DNA of 11,425 nt from an archaeon (GTDB lineage Archaea > Iainarchaeota > Iainarchaeia > Iainarchaeales > 1-14-0-10-31-34): contig JAJRVL010000010.1 of NCBI GenBank assembly GCA_024277355.1, positions 1-11,425 of the forward strand. Direction: 5' to 3'. The position numbers were made by a program, and so were the translations under genes. The notes below the pieces were generated by a model, which did not search any database, was not told the origin of the DNA, and saw only the letters and a program-made list of their open reading frames with translations. Of the stretch, positions 5,518 to 11,425 are shown one piece after another; position 1 is the stretch's first letter, and the number at the start of each line of letters is the position of its first letter.

Positions 5518-7050
5518 TTAATGTAGTATTATGCTTTTTCCTGTCATTTCTTTTGGTTTTTTTATTCCAAGCAATTCAATTATTGTAGGGCTTATATCAA
5601 TTAATCCTGCATTTTTCTTTAATTTTATTTTTTTTAGTTTTTCTTTTCCTGAAACAATAATTAAAGGCACTTTATTCAAAGTGTGTGCTGGACAAACTTG
5701 TTTATTTGAATAAAACATTTGCTCTGCATTTCCATGGTCTGCTGTAATTATTGCTGTTCCGTTTTTTTTCAGTATTTCTTTTATTATTTCTCCAATACAT
5801 TTATCTACTGTTTTTACTGCTTTAATGACTGCATTTAATTTTCCTGAATGGCCGACTAAATCAGGGTTAGCAAAATTTAATATTATTACATTTTGTTTTC
5901 CTTTTTTTATTTCCTGTAAAACTTTGTTTTTAACTTTTATTGCACTCATTTCAGGTTTTAAATCATAAGAAGGAACTTTAGGAGAATTAACTAAAATTCT
6001 TTTTTCTTTTTTGTTTGGTTTTTCTGTTTGGCTGTTAAAAAAGAAAGTTACATGAGCATATTTTTCTGTTTCTGCGATTCTTAATTGATTTAAATTGTTT
6101 TTGGCTAAAACATTTCCTAAATTATTTTTTACTTTTGTTTGTTCAAATGCAATTCCTGCTTTTATTTTTTTTTCATATCTTGTCATGCATACAAAATTTA
6201 CTTTAGGGGATTTAAATTTTCTTTCAGTAAAGCATTTAGTTAACTGCCTGCTTCTGTCTGAACGGAAATTAAAGAAAATAATTAAATCATCTTGTTTTAT
6301 TTTCCCGTTTTCATTTAAACAAATAGGTTTAACATAATAATCTGTTTTATCTCCTCTTTTATATGCGTTTTTTACTGCAGTTAAAGCATTTTTTTCTTTA
6401 AATCCTTTGCCTTTTACAAGCAATTCTATTGTTTGTTTTGTTCTGTTCCAGTTGTTGTCTCTGTCCATTGCATAATATCTTCCTATAATGCTGGTAATTT
6501 TCCCGACTCCAATTTTTTTTATTTCTTTTTCTAATTCTTTTAAGTATTTTCCTGCAGATTTTTCAGGAACATCTCTTCCATCTAAAAAACAGTGAATAAA
6601 TACTTTGTTTATTTTCATTTTTTTTGTTAGTTTCATTAAAGCATACAAATGCTGTGTTGTTGCATGAACTCCTTCATCTGAAAGCAGTCCCATTAAATGA
6701 ACTGCTTTATTTTTTTCTTTTGCTTTTTTTACTGCTTTAACTAAAGTTTCATTTCTATAAAAACTTTTATTTTTTATTGCTTTATTAATTAACATTAATG
6801 GCTGAAAAACAATTCGTCCTGCTCCAATATGCAAATGTCCTACTTCTGAGTTTCCCTGACTTTTTGGAGGCAAACCAACATCTGCTCCTGAACAATTTAA
6901 TTCTGTATTAGAATAATTTTTTAAATAATTTAAATAGTTTTTTGGTTTAGCTAAAAAAACTGCGTTTCCTTTTTTTTGTTTGCTTTTTCCCCAGCCGTCC
7001 ATTATAATTAAAATCAAAGGAACATTTTCTTTTTTTTTCATTTTTTTCAC
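5518..7050 (-). CDS. gpmI: 2,3-bisphosphoglycerate-independent phosphoglycerate mutase (iPGM, GpmI type)
   Basis: Near-complete set of family motifs: LIIMDGWG, NSEVGHLHIGAGRIV (catalytic Ser), GLLSDEGVHAT, HCFLDGRDV, GRYYAMDRDNNWNR, NFANPDLVGHSG, ITADHGNAE. 510 aa from GTG 7050. ATG 7041 (MKKKENVPLILIIMDGWG), preceded by aagtga, is an equally plausible start. Confidence 0.95.
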   Translation of the reverse strand: MKKMKKKENVPLILIIMDGWGKSKQKKGNAVFLAKPKNYLNYLKNYSNTELNCSGADVGLPPKSQGNSEVGHLHIGAGRIVFQPLMLINKAIKNKSFYRNETLVKAVKKAKEKNKAVHLMGLLSDEGVHATTQHLYALMKLTKKMKINKVFIHCFLDGRDVPEKSAGKYLKELEKEIKKIGVGKITSIIGRYYAMDRDNNWNRTKQTIELLVKGKGFKEKNALTAVKNAYKRGDKTDYYVKPICLNENGKIKQDDLIIFFNFRSDRSRQLTKCFTERKFKSPKVNFVCMTRYEKKIKAGIAFEQTKVKNNLGNVLAKNNLNQLRIAETEKYAHVTFFFNSQTEKPNKKEKRILVNSPKVPSYDLKPEMSAIKVKNKVLQEIKKGKQNVIILNFANPDLVGHSGKLNAVIKAVKTVDKCIGEIIKEILKKNGTAIITADHGNAEQMFYSNKQVCPAHTLNKVPLIIVSGKEKLKKIKLKKNAGLIDISPTIIELLGIKKPKEMTGKSIILH

Positions 7051-7137
7051 TTAATTTTTAATTTTTATTTAATCATTTTTTTTGATTTTATTTATTTTTA
7101 ATATTTTTTTGTTATTAATTTATTTTTTTTTATTTCT

Positions 7138-7503
7138 TCATTCAATTATTTCTATTGTTATTTCTTTTCCTGTTTCATCAAATGATTTAATATTATCTAA
7201 ATTAAAAGGCCAACAAATTATTAAGTGTATTTTTCCTAAAACAGAGAAAACATTTAAGTCTGCTGAAGAAGGATTGTTGTTTGGGGATGGGTGTGAATGG
7301 ATTGTTCCAATAATTTTTGAGTCAAACGGAATTAAGTCTGTTCTGATTGAAGAAAAATTTTTACCATAAACTGCCGGCAATACTACTAATTCATCTACTT
7401 CTTCTTTTTCATTTTTTCCTAACATTGAAATGAATTCATTTGGATAAACTTTTCTTGAAGCCATTAAAATTGATTCCAAAACACTTTTTTTTATTTTATG
7501 CAT
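7138..7503 (-). CDS. Stand-alone JAB1/MPN/Mov34 (JAMM) zinc metalloprotease, minimal archaeal type (121 aa)
   Basis: The JAMM motif is complete: upstream Glu in YPNEF, then GTIHSHPSPNNNPSSADL (H-x-H-x7-S-x2-D). The start overlaps the upstream gene end by 8 nt (ATGCATAA). Ends with TGA. Confidence 0.85.
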   Translation of the reverse strand: MHKIKKSVLESILMASRKVYPNEFISMLGKNEKEEVDELVVLPAVYGKNFSSIRTDLIPFDSKIIGTIHSHPSPNNNPSSADLNVFSVLGKIHLIICWPFNLDNIKSFDETGKEITIEIIE

Positions 7504-8413
7504 TTGTTTTCTTCCTTTTTAGAATAAAACTGAATTCATCATAAAATAATGCAAGAAAAACTCCTGCAATAATATAAGATGAAACTAGAAAAATAAACGC
7601 TATTAAAGCAGAATATTCTGGCCCAACTCCAACTAAAGAATAAAGATAAATCAAAATTCCTTCTCTTAATCCTAAACCATTAATTGTTATGGGAATAAGC
7701 CCTATAAGTAGTGCTAAAGATGAAATTAATGCAATATCAATTAATTCAACTTTTTGCCCTAATGCTGAGAATAATATTTGTGTTATCCAAAACATTAAAA
7801 TAAAATTAATTAAAGAAAAAAAGTAATTTGTCAATATTGCTTTTTTTTCAGTTTTAAGATATTCTTTACTTTCTATGAATAATTTATAAATTTTGTTAAC
7901 TAATTTTATTTTTTTTATTTTGTTTTTTAATCCAAGTAAAATAAAAACAACTATAAAAAAAGTAATCAAATAACTAATATCTGGTTTAACTTCAAAATAT
8001 TTTATTAATGCTATTAAAGAAAAAAACCCTATAATTGAAAAAGAAACAAATCTGTCAATAAAGAAAATAGCAAGTGCTTTTTTTGTTGAAACATCTGCTT
8101 TTTTTAAAAGCAAAGCAAAAGACATTTCGCCTATTTTTCCCGGCAAAAACATTCCAGTTGACCAGCTTATTGCTTTAAATCTAAATGTCTGATAAGTTGT
8201 TGTTTTAAGAAATGGTTTTACTGCTAAAGTAGTGATTACTGTTGAAACAACAAAAAAAAATCCAACTAAAACAAAATATTCAATTTTTATCTTTGTTAAT
8301 GCATCTGAAATTTCTTTTAATCCTATAAATTGAATTATAAAAAATAGGATGATAATACTTGTTGCTGTTTTTAGGACAGTTTTTAATTTATTGTTTTTAT
8401 TCATTTCAATCAA
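7496..8413 (-). CDS. LPG_synthase_TM / UPF0104 flippase-like multi-pass membrane protein
   Basis: About 8 TM segments with family-typical loops FLPGKIGEMSFALLLKK and ITINGLGLREGILIYLY. TTG at 8413 is the tracked start. ATG 8404 (MNKNNKLK...) is more likely the real start. Confidence 0.7.
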   Translation of the reverse strand: MIEMNKNNKLKTVLKTATSIIILFFIIQFIGLKEISDALTKIKIEYFVLVGFFFVVSTVITTLAVKPFLKTTTYQTFRFKAISWSTGMFLPGKIGEMSFALLLKKADVSTKKALAIFFIDRFVSFSIIGFFSLIALIKYFEVKPDISYLITFFIVVFILLGLKNKIKKIKLVNKIYKLFIESKEYLKTEKKAILTNYFFSLINFILMFWITQILFSALGQKVELIDIALISSLALLIGLIPITINGLGLREGILIYLYSLVGVGPEYSALIAFIFLVSSYIIAGVFLALFYDEFSFILKRKKTNA

Positions 8414-8474
8414 TCTTTACTAAAAATAATTCAAGGCAATTCAATTAAAAATAGCTTTTGATTTATAAATAACT
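8414..8474. promoter_or_regulatory. Divergent promoter region between the flippase-like gene and the methyltransferase gene
   Basis: ttaaaaata (8445-8453) is centred about 26 nt upstream of ATG 8475, suggesting a leaderless mRNA. tttataaat (8462-8470) and taaaaataa (8421-8429) are further TATA-like candidates usable on either strand. No experimental support. Confidence 0.35.
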
Positions 8475-9287
8475 ATGGAAAAGATAAAAGAAAGAGCATC
8501 TTTTAGCTGTTCTGTTTTTGCCGAAAACTGGAAATCATTAGAAGAATATCTTCTTTTTTTAAAGGAAATTTTTGCATATGATTTTGCAGCAAATAAAATT
8601 TCTAAAGATTCAACAGTATTAGAGCTTGGTTTTGGAGAAGGTTTTGGAACAAAAATGCTTGCAAAAAAAGCAAAAAAAGTTTTTGCATTAGATGTAGACG
8701 AAAAAGCATTTAATCATGCAAAACAAAAATATTCTTCTGAAAAAATACTTTTTAGTTTATATAACGGAAAAAAAATTCCTTTTGAAGATAACTATTTTGA
8801 TGCAGTTGTTTCTTTACAGGTAATTGAACATATCAAAGACGATTTTAATTTTGTTAATGAAATTTACCGAGTAACAAAAAAAAACGCAGTAGTAATTATT
8901 ACGACGCCTAATAGAAAAATAAGACTTAAAGAAAACAGCAAACCCTGGAATGAATTTCATTGCAAAGAATATTCAGAAAAAGAGCTTGAAAATTTGTTTA
9001 ATAATTTCAGTTCAGTAAATATTTTTGGAGTGTTTGCAAGTAAAGAAATTATGAAAACAGAATTAAACAGAATTAAAAAAGCAGTTTTTATGGCTTCATT
9101 AGATCCCTTTAAATTAAGAAAATTTTTTCCATTTTATTTAAAAAATACTCTAAAAAAAATAATAAAAAAAGTATTTGCAAATGAAAAAAGAGAATTTGAC
9201 CAGAAAAAATTCAGTCATAAAGATTTTTTTATTTCAGAAAAAAATGCAGATAACTCTCTTGACTTACTAGCAGTGTGTAGAAAATAA
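8475..9287 (+). CDS. Class I SAM-dependent methyltransferase (Methyltransf_11/23-like)
   Basis: Motif I VLELGFGEGFGTKMLA, the acidic residue after beta-2 in VFALDVDEKA, and motif IV region FDAVVSLQVIEHI. 270 aa, with a C-terminal Lys-rich extension. Confidence 0.85.
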   Translation: MEKIKERASFSCSVFAENWKSLEEYLLFLKEIFAYDFAANKISKDSTVLELGFGEGFGTKMLAKKAKKVFALDVDEKAFNHAKQKYSSEKILFSLYNGKKIPFEDNYFDAVVSLQVIEHIKDDFNFVNEIYRVTKKNAVVIITTPNRKIRLKENSKPWNEFHCKEYSEKELENLFNNFSSVNIFGVFASKEIMKTELNRIKKAVFMASLDPFKLRKFFPFYLKNTLKKIIKKVFANEKREFDQKKFSHKDFFISEKNADNSLDLLAVCRK

Positions 9288-9289
9288 AA
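9280..9289 (-). terminator. Candidate oligo-T terminator (TTTTATTTT on the minus strand) right after the GT4 TGA stop, inside the 3' end of the convergent methyltransferase gene
   Basis: Plus strag 9281-9289 reads aaaataaaa, which is ttttatttt on the minus strand and starts 1 nt after the stop at 9292-9290. The assignment is weak because such runs are common in this composition. Confidence 0.25.
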
Positions 9290-10399
9290 TCAGTTTATTT
9301 CATTTAATCTTTCTTTTAATTCTTTTCCAATTTTTTCTATAATAAATTTTTCTTTAAATAAATTATATCCATTTAAAGCTATTCTTTCTCTTAAAACTTT
9401 ATTTTTTTTAAGTTCAATTATAGTGTTAGCAAGACTTTTTTCACCATTCATTCTGCAAAAAAATATGTTTTCTTTATGGCTAAACACCTCTTTCACTGCT
9501 TTAGATTCTCTTGTTATTACAGGTTTTTTCATTGCAATACATTGAAATACTTTGTTTGGAATTACATTTGAAGCTTTTTCTGTTTTCCCAAAAATTCCCA
9601 AACAGACATCAAATCTTGCAATTTTTCCTGGAAGTTCTTCTAATTTAACTGGTTTAAAAAATTTAATATTTGAAATATTGTTTTGTTTTGCTAAATTACT
9701 TATTTCCACATAAAGCTGTCCTTTTCCTATTATTTCAAACTCGATGTTTTCTTTTTCAAGTATTTTTACTGCTTTAATAATATATTTTATTCCATGTAAT
9801 GGAATAAAAGTTCCATAAAATCCTACTTTAAATTTTTTGTTTTCTTTTGGTTTTTTTGGGTAAAAAATTGTTTCATCTGCCCCAACAAAAACTTTAATGA
9901 ATTTATTTTTGTTTAATCCAAATTTGTTTGTAAAATAATTTATATGTGATTCAGTATCAAGAATTATTTTGTTGCTTAATTTTAATCCAAATTTTTCCAG
10001 ATAAAATACTATTTTTGCGGTAATTGAATTTTCTTTTATTACTTTTCTGTCTTCAATTAAAGTGTTGTAAATAGAAACTAAAGGATTAATTACGAGTTTT
10101 TTTCTTGAAAAAAAAGAAATTATTTTAGCTAAAAAAACATCAGGGAAAGAAGGAAACCCAACTAAAATTAAATCGTAGTTTTTTATTTTAACAGATTTTA
10201 TAATTAATTTTAAATAAGCTGAAAAATAATCAATTATTAAACTAAGATTTTCTATTATAAAATTTTTTGAGTATTTTTTTCTTTTTTTTATTGGAACATT
10301 AATTTCAATTACTTTAACATCATTTTTTTTTAGCCCTTCAATAAAAATCTTGTTTCTTGGATAATTTTTTTCATATGTACCAAAATAAAGTATTTTCAT
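9290..10399 (-). CDS. GT-B fold glycosyltransferase, group 1 / GT4-like
   Basis: 369 aa. The N-terminal MKILYFGTYEKNYPRN and central VGFYGTFIPLHGIKYIIKA resemble the Glyco_trans_4 and Glycos_transf_1 architecture. The C-terminal FDVCLGIFGKTEKASNVIPNKVFQCIAMKKPVIT corresponds to the nucleotide-sugar binding E-x7-E region, here degenerate. The ATG lies 4 nt after the GT2 stop. Confidence 0.75.
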   Translation of the reverse strand: MKILYFGTYEKNYPRNKIFIEGLKKNDVKVIEINVPIKKRKKYSKNFIIENLSLIIDYFSAYLKLIIKSVKIKNYDLILVGFPSFPDVFLAKIISFFSRKKLVINPLVSIYNTLIEDRKVIKENSITAKIVFYLEKFGLKLSNKIILDTESHINYFTNKFGLNKNKFIKVFVGADETIFYPKKPKENKKFKVGFYGTFIPLHGIKYIIKAVKILEKENIEFEIIGKGQLYVEISNLAKQNNISNIKFFKPVKLEELPGKIARFDVCLGIFGKTEKASNVIPNKVFQCIAMKKPVITRESKAVKEVFSHKENIFFCRMNGEKSLANTIIELKKNKVLRERIALNGYNLFKEKFIIEKIGKELKERLNEIN

Positions 10400-10403
10400 T
10401 TTT

Positions 10404-11288
10404 TCACTTTTTCATGTCAGCCAGAAAACCAAATAAAATAATTTGTAATCCGGTTACAATTAAAATCATTGTTAAAATCATTAAGGCAATATGCCCTTCT
10501 ATTCCTGAAGTTAAATGCAAAAACACTAAATATAACCCCGTCAAAAAACCTAATCCAAATAAGCTTCCTCCAATTAAACCAAAAAACTTTAATGGAGCAT
10601 AATCTCTGTAAACTCTTAAAATGTTAAGCCATGCTTTAATTGCATAATCAAAAGGATTAGACATTAACCTGCTTTCTCCTTGAGTTCTTTTTCTGAAAGT
10701 GCATGGAATTTCTTTTACTTTAAATTTTTCTTTTGTTGTTCTGATTATTTGTTCTTGTGTGTAAGTGTAATTTGCGATTATATCTAATTTTGCTATTTTT
10801 TGGTTAAATGCTCTAAATCCTGTTTGTGCATCAGTTATTTGCTGGTGAGTTATGTTTGAAATCACTTTAGAGAAAGCTTTGTTGCCTAATTTTTTGATTA
10901 AAGGCATTTCTTCTATTTTTCCTGCAAATCTGCTTGCTAAAACTAAATCATTTCCTTTTCTTACTTCTTTTATCATTAAAGGAATTATTTTTGGGTCATA
11001 TTGTCCGTCTGCGTCAACATGAATTATTATTTCAGGATTTAATTTTAATGCCTGTTTCATTTCTGTTCTAAAAGTTTCAGCTAAACCTGAATTTCTTGGA
11101 TGAGAAAAAACAATTGCATTTTCTTTTTTTGCTTCTATTACAGTATTATCTTTACTGCCGTCATCTAATACAAGAATTTTATATTCTTCATTTTTCAGAT
11201 ATTGTTTTAATTCTCTTATCACTGAAGAAATTGTTTTTTCTTCATTGAATGCAGGAATAGTTATTACAATTATTTTTTTTCCCCTCAT
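10404..11288 (-). CDS. GT2 family polyprenyl-phosphate sugar synthase-like glycosyltransferase (DPM1 / GtrB / ArnC-like) with two C-terminal TM helices
   Basis: Motifs IIVITIPAFNEEKTI, ILVLDDGSKDNT, HVDADGQYDP (DxD) and QTGFRAF. Two C-terminal TM helices follow: LKFFGLIGGSLFGLGFLTGLYLVFLHL and HIALMILTMILIVTGLQIILFGFLADM. This GT-A domain plus C-terminal TM pair is the GtrB/ArnC architecture. The start codon lies inside the terminal overlap. Confidence 0.9.
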   Translation of the reverse strand: MRGKKIIVITIPAFNEEKTISSVIRELKQYLKNEEYKILVLDDGSKDNTVIEAKKENAIVFSHPRNSGLAETFRTEMKQALKLNPEIIIHVDADGQYDPKIIPLMIKEVRKGNDLVLASRFAGKIEEMPLIKKLGNKAFSKVISNITHQQITDAQTGFRAFNQKIAKLDIIANYTYTQEQIIRTTKEKFKVKEIPCTFRKRTQGESRLMSNPFDYAIKAWLNILRVYRDYAPLKFFGLIGGSLFGLGFLTGLYLVFLHLTSGIEGHIALMILTMILIVTGLQIILFGFLADMKK

Positions 11289-11425
11289 TATTTTTAAGTT
11301 AAACTGATATAATTAATACAATACTTAAATAAAAAAAGTGGTATTTTGTTTGAATTTATAGCTTTTCTGATAACTTTAACAATTCCTGGTTATTTGTTGG
11401 TTGAAAAGCATTTTTTTGGTTTGGA
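11285..11425. repeat. Terminal direct overlap, copy 2 (identical to 1-141)
   Basis: See copy 1. It contains the duplicated intergenic region (11289-11345) and a redundant copy of codons 1-26 of the GT-C gene (11346-11425), which is not an independent gene. Confidence 0.97.

Noticed and set aside
5531-6337. Plus-strand ORFs 5531-5713 and 6095-6337 inside gpmI
   Set aside because: They are antisense to a textbook iPGM gene, and their F/I/L-rich translations are typical of the reverse complement of Lys/Asn/Glu-rich coding sequence.
7021-7047. Homopolymer tracts as phase-variation switches (for example T8/T7 at the gpmI 5' end, A8/T9 runs in the asnB-like and GT-C genes)
   Set aside because: Such runs occur throughout the window in both coding and non-coding DNA, as a consequence of Lys/Phe-rich, AT-biased coding. 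Neither of the two disrupted genes is broken by a frameshift at a homopolymer; both are base-substitution-type nonsense codons.
5518-7050. The iPGM-like ORF as a different alkaline-phosphatase-superfamily enzyme (sulfatase, phosphopentomutase) linked to glycan modification
   Set aside because: The full set of GpmI-specific motifs is present, including GRYYAMDRDNNWNR and the GLLSDxGVH region of the transferase domain. The simplest call is a genuine phosphoglycerate mutase.
7082-7369. 95-aa plus-strand ORF overlapping the JAMM gene and the A/T spacer
   Set aside because: Its 5' third is translated poly-T spacer, and the rest is antisense to a JAMM gene with an intact catalytic motif. It has no independent support.
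10357-10602. 81-aa plus-strand ORF spanning the GT4/GT2 junction
   Set aside because: It is antisense to the two TM helices of the GT2 protein and to the GT4 start. The Lys/Pro/Asn-rich translation has no motif.
1-11425. Alternative genetic code (TGA or TAA reassigned) as the explanation for the two in-frame stops
   Set aside because: Five well-delimited genes end in TGA: 5035, 4066, 7138, 9290 and 10404. Several of these sit in tidy ATGA or stop-plus-4-nt-ATG junctions. Most other genes end in TAA. The long conserved genes (gpmI, asnB-like, GT2) contain no internal TGA or TAA, and Trp is encoded by TGG (for example in DGWG). One isolated TGA and one isolated TAA fit mutation, error or local readthrough better than a code change.
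1-11425. tRNA, rRNA, CRISPR arrays, riboswitch-like GC-rich islands
   Set aside because: Structured RNAs should appear as GC-rich segments of tRNA size or larger against this AT-rich background, and none do. The few GC-richer patches (for example about 1571-1590, 3730-3750 and 4741-4765) lie inside coding frames and encode sensible peptide. No regularly spaced direct repeats were seen.

Overview
Very AT-rich, gene-dense window. Its first 141 nt (1-141) are identical to its last 141 nt (11285-11425). The unique sequence is therefore 11,284 bp and closes on itself, as either a circular molecule or a head-to-tail tandem unit. Almost all coding content concerns the cell surface. A minus-strand operon of four overlapping genes encodes proteins with archaeal class III (type IV pilin-like) signal peptides; the last is broken by one in-frame TGA. 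There is also a full-looking polyprenyl-phosphate-sugar glycosylation set: a GT2 with C-terminal TM helices, a GT-B/GT4 transferase, an LPG_synthase_TM (flippase-like) membrane protein, a SAM methyltransferase, an AsnB-family amidotransferase, and a GT-C (ArnT/PMT-like) membrane transferase split by one in-frame TAA. Two housekeeping-type genes sit in the middle: a textbook cofactor-independent phosphoglycerate mutase (GpmI type) and a minimal JAMM/MPN metalloprotease. I recognised no replication initiator, partition, integrase/transposase, capsid, tRNA, rRNA or CRISPR. KGQ-type class III signal peptides, TATA-like boxes about 26-33 nt upstream of start codons and an oligo-T run after a stop suggest an archaeal, possibly DPANN-like, source. 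That attribution is inference from sequence style, not a database result. The most interesting reading is a small closed circle with no recognisable replicon gene that carries a self-contained pilin plus pilin-glycosylation cassette, with two of its surface genes interrupted by single nonsense codons.
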